Assembly: GCF_006345805.1 (NCBI RefSeq)
Contig: NC_043004.1
Location: 59,334,001 to 59,398,000, forward strand
Origin: Octopus sinensis
Taxonomy: Eukaryota
Reading direction: 5' to 3'
Length of the DNA: 64,000 nucleotides
Shown here: positions 40,250 through 53,744 of the stretch, in pieces
Position numbering within the stretch: the stretch's first letter is position 1
How the letters are laid out: every line of letters starts with the position of its first letter
Notes under the pieces: model-generated
The model's database searches: none
Seen by the model: only the letters and a program-made list of their open reading frames with translations
Told to the model about the DNA's origin: nothing
Translations under genes and position numbers: made by a program

Positions 40250-41258
40250 ATTATTTAGCCACACATGGCTTAATTTAGCCACACAGAAGGGGCAATACAA
40301 TGTAGAATTTTTCTTTTTCGAAATCGATCAAAAAAGGATCGAAAAAAAAAAAAGAACGTTCTTGTGGGCGTGTACAGAAAGAGATAAAAAGGTGACGTTC
40401 TTTTAAGAATTTGAATTCACTGAAAAGGGAGAAGATATAAAACTGACTAGAGTTATCCGTGGAAAGAAAAGCCTACGAAAAATAAGCTCGAAAACGACGG
40501 TTAAAGGAAGAATCTATGAGAGCAAAGTGCCCTCTCTCTATTTGTTTGTTTTACTGGTTAATGTTCAAAGTAGCTCCGTCATTCATGCGTACCATTTTCG
40601 CTACATTCACCGATGTTTTATTAAAGCTTTCATTAGACAAAACTTCCTTTCAACTGATACTCAGAAAAGTTGAGAGATTGACCAGAGAGGAAATTATTTG
40701 TCTCTAAACATTTCAAACGAGTTCACCACACGCATTCTTTCGCCTTACCCACCAATACGACGAAAACTGCATCGCCTTTCCAGTTAAAGGAAGGTGGCGG
40801 GGAAATTTCCTGTCGACGCCCAGATTCTCTCTATGAACGTCATCGGACCTCCCATCGACTAGTCCTCTATAGAACGCCTTTCTTGGTGAATTTGTAGTTA
40901 CACAAGTCTGAAGTCAGACGGCAAAGCTGCTTCAGAGTATCTGGACACTTGCAGTGCCATTCGCCCGGCCACGGTCTCTGTTTGATCCATGATCGCAGTT
41001 CGGTCAAAGAGACGAGCTGCGGGAAGGCGCGTCTCACAAATGGCGACCACACCTGACAATATCGCAGTCTCAGCACATGTCTGAGCATCCTTAATCACGG
41101 CATAGCCAGCCCTCCATTTAGCAGATGTTGACAGCAAATGGATCGCCTGACCATCGGAACGTATCCCTTCCACAAAAAGCAGAAGAGTATGCGTTCCCGT
41201 TTTGGTAATGGTAGGATAGGGACAAGGTATACCGGTCAGACAGTAGTAGGTGACTGAT
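40250..41258 (-). mobile_element. Tx1/L1-type LINE, ~1 kb 3' portion
   Basis: ERILFCFLWKGYVPMVRRSICCQHLLNGGLAMP*..QVWSPFVRRAFPQL..AKECVW*TRLKCLETNNFLSGQ..VNVAKMVRMND, then a 3' UTR ending gtgtggctaa. Confidence 0.8.
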
Positions 41259-41282
41259 GCGATAGATAAATAGATAGATAGA

Positions 41283-41730
41283 TATGTTTTTTTATTAGCC
41301 ACACAGGGCTGCACACAGACGGGACAAATTACAAGGTAGAGCTTTCCTTTTTGGGGATAAAAAGATGAGGTTTTGGTTTTCGATCAAAAGGGATCGTAAA
41401 AGGAAAGAAAGAGGAAAGCAAAAAAAATGGGATGGGGGATAAAAATAAAAGGAAAAGGCAAAAATCGATGAATAGAGATTGTTATCACAGAAATGTCAAT
41501 ATAAAGTGTAAAAGGGAGGATAGGTGAGGTTTACCCATGGAAAGAAAAGCCTACGGAAAAGACCACGGTAACTTCGGTCAATGAAGTCACATGTTATATT
41601 TTTTTACAAATAAGCAACTCTCTGTATTAATTTTTACGGTTCATAGGATCATAGTCAAGGTGGCTTCGTCATTCATACGTGCCATCCTTGCTACATTCAC
41701 CCATCTTTTTTTAAAACATTCACTAGAAGA
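41283..41730 (-). mobile_element. Tx1/L1-type LINE 3' end embedded in (TCTA)n
   Basis: SSECFKKRWVNVARMARMNDEATLTMIL* plus 3' UTR ..gcagccctgtgtggctaataaaa. (GATA)n on both flanks. Confidence 0.85.
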
Positions 41731-41736
41731 TAGATG

Positions 41737-41802
<66 letters not shown>

Positions 41803-41849
41803 CAAACAGACAGACAGACAGGTAGATAGGTAGATTGAACGGTAGGACC

Positions 41850-43171
41850 TACAAGTGACGTGAGATTTGTGGATAGCATTGTTGCTCATTCGTGTAAGCT
41901 TTCTGCTCAACGACCCTTTATCAGACGTTCATTTTGGTTTATGTGATGGTTAATGCCCCCGATGGTTAATGCAGTAGCTTGATTTCCAGCCGTCGAGCTC
42001 ATGCCGGCAGTTAAGCCTGGGTGCTCTCTTTTTAATAAAGCCTCGTTTATTCTGAGGCTGACTTCATCCTTCTCCCTTGCCAGTGTACGGGTAGAGAAAT
42101 CCACATCATAATCTTGGTGGTGTGGCCTTGTGGATATGTTCCTTCATTCTCACATGAAGTCGTTTTTGTAGATCCGTTATATGTTTCGCCGCAAATATAT
42201 GTTTCGCACACCATGCCAGATTTAAAACATAAATACTGGACGATGTACGTCCGCTGTCTTGCTTTGATTGGGCATTGATTAAATAGCATGTTTAGTGTGT
42301 TGAGTGAGAGAGGCAGAGTGTAAGGGCAGAGCCTCATCCTATCATTCTGACAGGGAGAGCAGCTCTTTTGATGCTGTTCTTCATCTTGTTTTCTATTCTC
42401 TCTCCATAGCATAGAAGCTTGACGTATATCCACTCATTATTTCTCCTTTTCTCCCTTCTTTCTTTCCTTCTTCTTTCTTTCTTTCTTTTTTTCTTTCTTT
42501 TTTCTTTCCTTCTTTCTTTCTTTCTTTCTTTCTTCCACCTTTCCATCGTTGTTAATGTTACTTTGTTGATGGCGCTGCTGTCGCTGTGACTGCTACTGTC
42601 GTTGTTGATGTTGTTATTGTGGTTGTTGTTGTTCTTGTTGTGGTCACTGCAGTTGTTGTTGTTACTGCTTTTCTTATTGTTGTTGTTGCTGCTGTAGTGT
42701 TGTTATAACCGTGACCACTTTTATCGTGGATGCTGGAATAACTTCTGTCGATGTTGTTGTTGCTGGTGTTGTGAGCATCATTGTTATTGGGTCACTGTCA
42801 CCAATATCATCACCGGTTGGCCGGCCGTCACTGGCTCTGAGGTTGTTGTTGCCGTTGATGGTCTGGTCGTGATGTCTTCGTGCTCGTGTATTTAGAGTGT
42901 TATACACTTTATCTATGTACCTGGATCTGTATCCTCGAAGGTACAACATCTTAATGAAATCCGTCCTTATATGATCCTTTATTTCAACTGCGTCGCATCT
43001 GCTTATGAGGCGGTTGAACTCATTAAAGGTCACATTGTGCTTCAAGGCCTGAGGATATGCTGAATCCGAGTCGTGGAAGATGTTTTTCTCCGCCTCTTTC
43101 TCGAAGAAACGGATTTTCACTATCCCAATGTAAAGGATAACTATTTCAATGTTAATGAAACTCGTGCACAT
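41850..43171 (-). mobile_element. 5'-truncated Penelope-like element: RT end/thumb, low-complexity expansion, GIY-YIG endonuclease
   Basis: SFINIEI..KIRFFEK..FHDSDSAYPQALKHNVTFNEFNRLISRC..LYLRGY (43171-42860), then YIVQYLC..YNGSTK/RLHVRMKEH..TLAREKDEVSLRINEALL (42290-41990). Order and strand are as expected for a Penelope ORF. Confidence 0.75.
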
Positions 43172-43517
43172 GGTAGACTATGGTATATTTCACAATATAC
43201 ATTAGTTTTAATATCTAGTTGACCCTGCTCTAGCATCAATTACCGCATTTGTACTATACTGTACATATGCAACACATTATGAGTAACACCAACGTCCAAA
43301 ATTAACTTGGGTTTCCCTGAATGTTTCAGAGTGTTATGCTAATATACGTTGTAGATCCAGTTAATAAACAGTAAAATACCTAAAGCAAGGGAGTTGAGCG
43401 AGTGTGAACGAGGGATAGATAGATAAACACTCACACAAACACACATACACGCACACATATATTGATAGATTGACATATTTATCTGTAGGCAGACGGACAG
43501 ATAAAGAAATAGAGAGT

Positions 43518-43695
43518 TAGGTAGGTAGGTAGGTAGGTAGGTAGGTAGATAGGTAGGTAGGTAGGTAGGTTGGTAGGTAGGTAGGTAGGTAGGTAGGTAG
43601 GTAGGTAGATAGGTAGGTAGGTAGGTAGGTTGGTAGGTAGGTAGGTAGGTAGGTAGGTAGGTAGGTAGATAGGTAGGTAGGTAGGTAGGTGGATA
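43518..43695. repeat. (GGTA)n with a 60-bp higher-order period
   Basis: Variant units agat (~43548, 43608, 43668) and ttgg (~43570, 43630) recur every 60 bp. Confidence 0.9.
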
Positions 43696-45764
43696 GGTAC
43701 GTAAATAAAACGGATAGCCTGCTAATTAACCCATAGAATACTGAGCTAAATAATCTCTTTTAATGGATGTTGAATGCTATTGACGTACTGGCATAATGGA
43801 AATAACTATAAATTAAAACAAACACATACTCGCACAGTCTAGCACACGCTTATACAAACCAGCTTGCATATAAACCTCATACAGGAACTCATATTTATAC
43901 AAACATAATTATTTCTATGAATTCTACATTCACGTTAATAGGCATAATTCAAATCAAAGATGTATAAATGGATACGATTTAAAGCTGATGCACGGATTTG
44001 AGTTCATCGTCCAATTGCTGTCGTTTATACTTTGATATAAAATTAAATATATCTTTATAATACTGTAATTATCAGGATATAGCAAATGCTCTCTCTAGCC
44101 ACCAACCTATATACACACAGAGATACATACTAACATATAAATACGCATAAATTCTAAATGAATCGATACGATTATATAAAACTTACGGCATGTAACCTCT
44201 ATTTGATTTGTAAGAAATAGCAACCTTTAACGTATTAAGAAAAGAAGAAGATATGGTGTTTATGGTTCTAGATATATTAGATGCGATGGTCATGGCAAGA
44301 ACTCGTTTGGTTGGTAATTTTGTTCAATCAGGATCAAAACAGCAGCAATTAAGTACCAGCTTACATTGACTGAACCTCTCATTTATGGTCATTAAAGCTC
44401 CTAGAAATAGCGGCTAAATTTCCTTGATGAGCACTCTTCAGTAAGCCAGAAGACTAAAAAGATTAGGCTGCAGTAGATGGAATGTTTTTGATTATAAGGC
44501 TGCTTATTATTGATTTCTGTGAAGGTCTTTTTCTTACAATAACAATCGAAGCCGATTCCGAAATACAGCGAACCACCCGATATCATCTAAGCAAAATATT
44601 AGCTTCTGTAGACTACGCATGTCGATTATATATCTTAGTTAACGGTACATGTGATATAGAGACAATCATGCGCTTTTGTTTCTTTTACGCCTCTGTTCAC
44701 AGGAATTAAGCGTAATCTAGAAGTGAAATGATGTCTTTGTTTCTGGAGTGGTATATGAAAGGATATTTTGTTTTTGAGGACTGTTGTTTAGCTTCAAGGC
44801 GCAAAAAGCCACCAGAGAAATGGATGAAGGACTCTACAGCTCACGTATCTGCGTATTCTCCTCTAAAATATATAAAACGACGTTGTATAGAGTAAAAAAG
44901 ACTAATAATCTTTACTGTTGTTGTTGTTTTGTTTCGGGGGTCACTCCGTAGTACTTCTATTTTATAATTGCAATAAAAAAGCCAGCCAATTGACAGAATG
45001 GTTTGTACAATGGACTAAATACTTAAGGGCATCTCTGCTGGCTCTTTACCTTCTGAGTTCAACTTTCCCCGCGGTCGACTTTGCCTTTTATCCTTTCGGG
45101 GGGGTCAAGAAAATAAGTACCAGTCATGTACTGGGGTCGATGTAATCAACTAGCCTCCTCCGGAAAATTTCAGGCCTTCTCCTTATATCAGAAGTGATTA
45201 TTGCTATAGACCTTGACAGATAATGTTCTCAATAAAAGCCATAAATACAAACAATGTCGCTTTTTATCCTTTAATCAGAAGGGAATATAGTATCTAATAT
45301 CCTGTGTATGTCCTAAATGATGGTTATATATACACTCTGCTTCGTATTTGTTGTATTCAAATTCGCAACGACAAAGTTATCAACCAATCAGACCATCCAA
45401 GGATGGACAGGATATTAATTACAAAAGCAAAAAGCGGGAACCATTAACGCAATGTATCTAACGAATTTCTAACGATTCCCACAATTCACCACCCTGGATT
45501 GGTAGACATTTTTAAAATGAACTCAGAACGATGAAATGTAAATGGGACCTGAAGAGGATTGGGACTCAAAACACACCATAGAGTAATCCATCAAATACAC
45601 TAACATCTCTGCTTAGTCAGGCAGTCATCTCTGAGTGAAAGATATTAACTATTGGGAGAATTAATGGGCAAGCTAGCGGAAGAGCAAGAATTCAAAGACG
45701 GACTCATGGCACGTAGAGGGAAAACAAAGTGGGAGCAAGGATGCATCTTTGCTTCAGGACAGTC

Positions 45765-46800
45765 GTCATTGGTAAGAAATTGGAGAGGAAGTTGTAGGTG
45801 ATGAACCGCTCAGACATTCTATTGTGTAGGTCCTTTCGTAAAGCGGTCGAGACAACCATAGCGTTTCAGGTGACCCACATGCAGGTCTTAGTGCATGATC
45901 TGCAGTACCCTGATGACAATACCAGTGTCGCGCACACGGTTTCTGGTTTTCAGGAAGCTGTGAACATCTTCGAAAATTTGTAAACCCGCTTTGGTATGGC
46001 CACAAACGTAATGGAAACAAAGATTCCTTCACAGGGAGCCCCATTCAATCTCACCTTAACACCAGTGACATAAGGCTACGGGGCACTATCCTGGAAACTG
46101 CGAAGGCTTGCCCACACTACGGAAGCTACAAGATACCGAAAATAAGACCAGCGCAGCCCATAATGTTTTCGGGAGAGTGTTCTTGAACCACGACCTGACC
46201 ATCTAAACGAAATTCATGGTATTTCGAGCCGTCGTTCTTTCCACTCCCCTCTACAGCTGTGAGACGCGGGATTATATCGACGTGACTTGGAGAATATCGA
46301 ACTTGAATAATATCCCAAAACTTTCGCTCAATCATGAGGATTCGATGGAGGAACTACACAAGCAATGAAAAAGTCTTGCTCCGAATTGGATTGCCCAGCA
46401 TTAAAGTCACCTTGGAGCGACATTACCTCCGCTGGTAGGGACCTCTTCATATGCATGCTTCAAACGCGCCTCTCCCCTCTACTTCCCATTGCGGTTGTGG
46501 TCTCTGGCAACAGACCACGTGGAACCCCAAATTCCTTTTTCGAGAACAGCTCAAGTCCACTCTCTTCCGCTGTCCATTCAGCCAAATATCTGGGAGACAA
46601 TTGCCAAGAACAGCCAAAAATGGCGGCATATCATCTTCGAGAGAAGAGGCTTGAAAATAACAGACATCGAGCGGCAGAGATCAGGCATCAAAGACGCAAA
46701 TTGTGGCTCGCATTTCCTCGTCCCCCAGAAACTCTCTCCTGGAATAAATGTGTCTGACTCTTCTATACCATCCTTGGCCTGAAATGATACCTGCGGCAGC
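45765..46800 (+). mobile_element. Decayed RTE-clade LINE (RT C-terminal half)
   Basis: VLVHDLQYPDDNTSVAHTVSGFQEAVNIF..FGM (degenerate YADD), later ..WETIAKNSQKWRHII, as in RTE/BovB ORF ends. Confidence 0.75.
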
Positions 46801-47463
46801 GGCAAACTTTGCGTGCATCAACATGAAGGTATTTAATCAGTGGTTTCATATCTACTACTCGGGTACGAGTTAACGCCGAGAAAGATGATGTTTGAGCTGG
46901 AGTTCTATGTAGGTCACTTTCGAGGTTGATAAAATAAATACCAGATGTCTACTGAAGTCTCCCAATATCTTAAAGAAGAAAAAAGAAAACGAAAATATAT
47001 TTAGAGTTGTTGTTGATGTTTCTTTTGTTATTTAGTCCTCGGTCGTACCTGATTCACAAACCTTAAATCAAAAGCATTCGAGAGAAATCTTGCCTTCTTT
47101 TATTGAAACTCAGAGTATGTAGGAAGACTATGTTAGCTTCTCTGTGTGTATGTTTCTTTTTTTAAAGGACAGTAGGAATACATCTAAGGAAGATTTGGTT
47201 GCTATTTCTAGCACGTCAAGAGATCTGCTCTATGCTTCGTCCTTGGATGTTTTGAGTTGATGGATCCTGTGTTTTAACAGTAAATATACATTGGTTCGGT
47301 TTCATTCATATCCGTTTAATAAGCAAATACATTAATAGAAACGGTTAATATGATACGATATAGTATGACATTAAAAATTATTTTGTTAATAAATACACAC
47401 ATTTTTCGAATATACATATATAAACATATACGTACATAAAGTCAGTTAACATGTGCATGTATG

Positions 47464-47542
<79 letters not shown>

Positions 47543-47776
47543 TCCTATTCCAATATCAGTATCTATGCAACAATGTATACATGTGGGTATATCATTCCGC
47601 ATTACCTATATGCATGATGCGTGTTTAAATATTGATATTTGCAGTGATGCCTTTGATTAAATATGTATTTACGTGCGATATATATGTCTAATTCCATGTA
47701 TGTGTGTGTTTGTGCAAGTATGTATAAATATATATATATATATATATAATATATATATATATATAAATAAATATCG

Positions 47777-47822
<46 letters not shown>

Positions 47823-49448
47823 CAATCTACCCATACACCCACACACACATGTATGTAAGTATAAAATATAATCTTTACTGTGTTGAAAGTAACTTCACAC
47901 CCTCACGGCGTATATTTATGCTTTTATTTTTGATATTTAAAAATTCATTTGCGCTGTGTAGTTTGTTGTTTATTTTATTTATTCTATTTCATTTTCATCA
48001 AGCTCATTTTATCAATTTACGTATCAAATAATTTATGAGGCGGCAACACAGCGAGATTGCAAGACGTCAGCGAAAACACCAAATGAATCTTCAATCCTGT
48101 AGAAACAGATATTTAGTGTCTGCAAATATGAGGAATTCTAAAGATATTGTTTTAAATATTTTTCTATGTGTTAAATTGAAAATCAATATATATTATTATT
48201 ACATAAGACATTTCTATATCTGTCTCGTTTTCTTCCTGTCTATTCCTCAGACACTCTATCTATCTATGTCAATCACTGGCAACTCGCTCTCCGTATCCAT
48301 CGCTTTCTTCTGAACATAGAATCAATCTCTCTTACTTTCTCATACCCTGATCTCTCCCTCCCCCTCTGTATGTCCGTCCGTCTGTCTTCCCCTCTCTCTT
48401 TTCCTCTCTTTCTCTTTCTCTCCCACTCTCCATTTATCTCTACTCTATTCACATGCACTTGCACACACACCGCTGTAGCAAATTCAGTGTTGATTTCATT
48501 TCCATCCATCGGTGACACAAGAATGGATCTAACGGATTTATTTTTGTCTGTTTAGAAAACCATAGTTTTGCATGCAGATATACCAAATCTTCATCAAAGC
48601 GATGTTGTTCGCGTAGAATTATAATTTTAAGAAGAAATGTCGCAGAATTCAGAACTAACTTGTGCATGAAATGCCAAGAGATATATTAGCTAGTATATCT
48701 ATTTCACTTCAGCGATTATAATGCAAATGAATCTGTTTAGTTCGACCCCCAATACAGATATGTGGACTGATTTACATTGCAAGACGAAATACATCTGGAT
48801 ATAGGATATCTATATATTTATATATATAGTCATAGCCTCGTCATATCGGTACAATTTTCGAAAAGTTAAGTTATATTTTCTTTTATCAGATATCAAATGC
48901 TAACTTTTTCTGTTATCTTTTCACTATTTTCCTCTTATGTTGTTAATTCAATTGTTTCTGAATTTATATAAAGATTTGTTGAAAACATTTTTGACCAGGA
49001 AAAAGATAACTTATGTAATAATAATAATGTCTTATGTAATAAGATAACTCAATAAAGTTAGTTATGGACTACTATAGTTTGTTACTGAGAAATACATACA
49101 CACACATAGTGTTGAAAGCTTAAATAGATCGTTTCGAAACTAGAAAGTCCTTGGTTCAGTTCTACTGCTTAGCATATTCGGCAAGTCACACATTTGGATC
49201 CGTTCTCACATCGTGAATGATATTAGGTTGACGAAAACTGTATGGAAAACCATGGGGTTCTATCTGTAATAAAACGATACAGCCATATCAAACACTGCGT
49301 GACTCTGATTTGAACCGAGGATTACATTAAGTTTCTTTCAACAAAAAGTTAATTCAGTTCAGCAAAGAGCAGAATCGTTATCTTTGAGAGAAATAGTCAT
49401 CCACCCAAACATCCTTCTATCCATCCATCTCATTCATTATTTCTGCGC

Positions 49449-49553
<105 letters not shown>

Positions 49554-52500
49554 TTCTTCTTTCAAATTTGGTTCCATTTCTTGCCGAGTGTCTTCCCGAC
49601 TCCTAGGGCAAAGAAACTCATAGTATACATTGGTAGGCCATTAAACCAAACTCAATAGTTCGTTCATTTAAAATTTTTTTTTTTTTTTAAGTTAAATTAA
49701 AATACATGAGCAGCAACAGTTCTCACATCGACAATGCTCTTCTCAATACGTGTGATGTACCAGTTAAGACAATCTTTTGCACTTCTTGCAGGGATGGTAA
49801 GCCAGGGATCATTCTCATATAATTTTCGGTTCCCTTCTTGATCATTCCTAGTGCTCCTACGATCACTGGTATAGTAACCGCCTTGAGATGCCACATTTTC
49901 TCAATTTCAATGAGTAAGTCTTTATATTTTCTGAGCTTGTCAAACTCTTTCGCTGAGATATTATGATCACAGGGGATGCTCATGTCGATCAATAAGCAAA
50001 CTTTATTGTTTTGGTATTTCACAACAATATCTGGTTTATTGGCCTTGATGGTTCGATCTGTATGTACTGGAAAGTCCCACAGAATGGTTACATTTTCTCC
50101 TTCAGTTACAGCCTCAGGGTGGTGATTATACCACTTGTCGGCAGTTTTGATATCGTAATGCCGACTTATTAGCCAGTGTAGATATTGGCCAACTCTGTCA
50201 TGTCTTAATTTATACTCCACTGGTGCTAAGACATTACATCCAGAGATTAGGTGGTCCACTGTTTCAATCATGTCGTTGCAGGATCGGCATTTTCGGTCTG
50301 CTCCATTTTTCATCACATTCGCCTGGTAGTTCCGGGTTAATAGGCTTTGATCTTGAGCAGCCAGGATGAAACCTTCGCTCTCTGCTTTTAGCCCTGAGCT
50401 CCGTAGCCACTGATGGGTTTGCTTCTGGCCAACATCAGCTTGTTTGCTGCGGGCCACATATTTGCCGTGCAGAGGTTTCTCCTCTCACCTATCAGCCAAT
50501 TGCTCGTGCGCTTTTTTCGTTGCCATTATTTTTACCTTCTTTGCAACAATAGTTGCCGTACTTCCCTCGGGTTGTTCAGTTTGGGTATCCTGCAGGAGAT
50601 CAATAGCAAATTTTTTGCTTTCCTTTATGATAGAATGAAGCTTCTTTCGTCTCTCGAGATTTTCCATGAGCTTTAGCATCCAGTCATTTGAGATATTTGG
50701 CCAGTCCAATTGTGGGTGTTTTGTAAGCTAGTTCAAATTGGATCAGGCCTCGACCTTCTTGAGCTCTGGGAAGGTAAAGGCGATCTACGTCTGCCTTTGG
50801 GTGGTGCATCCTATTACAACTCAGCAGCTTGCGTATTTTCCTATCTATATTCTTTACTTCACTCATATTCCAGTTCAACACATTGTAGCTATAAGTAACA
50901 ACTGGAACTGCTAAGGAATTTATAGCTAACACCTTGTTACGTGCATTTAGTTCAGATTTCAGGACTGCACGAACTCTCCTATAACATTCCTTCCTGATCT
51001 TCTCATTCATGCTTGCATGCTGAATACCAGAGCCTTCATTAATCCCTAAATATTTGTATGTTTGTTCTTGCTCAAGCTCTCTTATGACTGTGTCAACATC
51101 TAACACGACTGAATTCGTTGTCTTCACTTTCCCTTTCTGGAAAGTGGCCTTGGCACACTTCTCAAGTCCAAACTCCATCCTGATGTCATCGCTAAATGCT
51201 TTCACAGTGCGCAATAGGCCTTCAAGTTCATTATTGTCTTTACCATAGAGTTTTAAGTCATCCATATAAAATAGATGGCTAATTTTTTTATTGGCAATTT
51301 TATACCCATACCCTGTTCTGTTTAATTCACTTGTAAGGGGTATTAGGGCTATGCAGAATATTAAAAGTGAAAGTGAGTCACCTTGAAAAATTCCACAGTT
51401 AATGTTTATATTTTCTGAGGCGAGTACTCCATTAGAGTGGTATAATTGGAGATTCGTATTCGACAACGACATATTGTGCATCAGGAAGTTTGAAATCACA
51501 GGGGAAATTTTGAAGATGTCCAGCGATCTCAAGATCCATGGATGCGGTATACTGTCGAAGGCCTTTTTATAGTCAATTCATGCGGAGCTGAGATTTCTGC
51601 GCTTGTTGTGACAGTTCTCAAGGATCATACGATTAATTAGCAGTTGATCTTTGCATCCGTAAGAGCCTCGGCGGCACCCTTTTTGTTCAATGGGGAAAAT
51701 ATCGTTCTTCTCCATGAATGCATATGTTTTCTCCGCCAGGATAGATGTTAGGATTTTATACGTGGTGGATAGACAGGTTATAGGCCGATAGTTTTTTGGA
51801 AGGTTGGTTTCGTTATTCTTTGGGAGTAGGTAAGTAATACCACTTGCTAACCATTCAGGTGTTTTCTTTGGGTCTCTCATAATTCCATTGAGCAGCTGAA
51901 CTAGCTTACCGTGTGCGCATGGGAGCGATGCGAGCCAGAAATTCGGCACCCATCTTTACCGGGGGATTTCCAATTATGGGCCTTCGTGAGTGCCTTTCTT
52001 AGGTCTGCTATTGTGATGTCTTCCCATGCTTGTTGTTGTAAATTTTGGTAGGATCCTTCAGTTTGTATAATCCAGTCTGCATTTATGTTGTACGTCTTCT
52101 TGTCACTCCAAATCCTTTTCCAAAAGTTTTGAACTTCTTCCATGGGAGAGGGGTCTTTAACGGTTACTTTCTCCTTCCCTATTTCTCTGTAGAATTTTTT
52201 GGCATTGGATGTGAACAGCTTATTTTGCTTGTAAAACTTCTTTCTCTTCTCAAATCTTCGTATTCTTTGGGCTTTTGCTTGGACTTTTTGTTTCAGCGTT
52301 TCTTTTATTGATATCAGTTCTTCTCTTGGTGAGGATCCAAATTTTCTCTTCATCTTTCTTCCTGTTCTGGATCTTACATCATTTCCACATATTAGTTCAT
52401 TTAATACTGATATTTCCCCTCTCATAAATTCAATCTCTTTTTCAATTTTACTTTTCCAGGTTTGATTTCTTCCCAGGTTTGGTTTTCTTTGTTTCTTCGG

Positions 52501-53401
52501 GGGCATACAGCTGGTTTCAATTGCCCTAGCAGAAGCGTAAATAATTTCATTTAACTCAGTAAAATCAGGTTTTAATTCTTGTATTATTTCATTTGTTACA
52601 TAGTTGCCAATTTGGATTTGTTTTTTATTTTGGTTTGTATTTGAGAGTTTATGAAGTGGTTCTCTATCATTCATACTTGTATGTCTTACAACTTCAAGCG
52701 TATTCAGGATTTTCTGCCTCATTTCTGCCATAGACTCTCTGTGTTCTTCAGCAAATGCGAGATCTTCAGTTACTGTTGTTTTATCATTTTCCTGGCCATC
52801 TTTAACAGGTACAATAGAATTTCTTGTATCTTCAGACCTTTGCGTACTTTGGTCAGATGGCAGTCTTTCAATTAAGCCTCGGGGCGGGCTATACTGTTCA
52901 TCTGATTCTTCATTTCCTTTGTGTCTTATATTTATGTCATTTTCCGTTGCGTGCTTGATCGCGCTTATTTCACTGTCTGTGAGTCTGTTATTTCTAAGGA
53001 TATCCCTCCTCACATTTGCTAATTTGTTCTCGTCCAAATAGGGCCTACTGTCTTGATTCCGTGTTCTCCATATACTGTAAGAGTTTGCGGTGTGTCTCTC
53101 TTGAGATGGCCTACCTAATGCATAGTAATAAGCGTATATTACTTCTTTATACTCTTCTCGGGTCCATTTGTTCCGCTTACATTTTTCTTTCTGTGGTGGT
53201 TGTGGTGGTGAACTTGGAGGGCTCGAGTTGGGGGATTTCCCGTTCAAGTAACCATCCATGTCCGTATACGGAGAAGAGTTTGTGCCAGTTGATGACTTTT
53301 CGATCCCAGGCTGGCTCTTCCCTGGGGGACGCGCCTCCAGATTAACCATAGGACAAGCGATTTGGTATACTGATTTAGTTTTCCTTTTAGTTTCCAAAAA
53401 C
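49554..53401 (-). mobile_element. Near-full-length R4/Dong-clade non-LTR retrotransposon in a (TAA)n tract
   Basis: Single broken ORF: Myb-like N-terminus (RNKWTREEYKEVIYAY), RT (NYRPITCL, EQKGCR, IDYKKAFDS, GIFQGDSLS, LFYMDDLKL, YKYLG), CCHC knuckle (CRSC..ETVDHLISGC) and RLE (KPDIVV..LIDMSIP..KLRKY). (TAA)n on both flanks. Confidence 0.95.
49723..53349 (-). pseudogene. Dong/R4 ORF (~1,200 codons) with 2 frameshifts and 2 nonsense codons
   Basis: Frameshifts at ~51950 and ~50690. In-frame TGA at 51578-51580 (A*IDYKKAF) and 50485-50487 (R*EEKPLHG), both where homologues have Trp. Confidence 0.9.
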
Positions 53402-53407
53402 ATTATT

Positions 53408-53496
<89 letters not shown>

Positions 53497-53497
53497 C

Positions 53498-53532
<35 letters not shown>

Positions 53533-53574
53533 CATTATTATTATTATTATATTTTATTATTATTTTTATTATGA

Positions 53575-53735
53575 AGTGGCGAGCTAGCAGAATCATTAGC
53601 GGTATCTCGTCTGCGCTACGTTCTTTACATTTCGTCCTTTCGAGATCGATAGATTACATTCCAGTGAAACGCTGTGGCTCGATGTAATAGACTATCCCCC
53701 AACTCGAAATATTTGACCCTGTGCTTATAATATAA
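53575..53735 (+). mobile_element. SINE family A, diverged and internally deleted
   Basis: ggcgagctagcagaatcattagc..cgatgtaatagact. Confidence 0.7.
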
Positions 53736-53744
53736 AGTATTATT

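Noticed and set aside
41875-41925. Hammerhead-like ctgataa..gaaagctt at the 3' end of the Penelope remnant (minus strand)
   Set aside because: G8 is missing, there is no helix II pairing and helix I is broken. At most a dead remnant.
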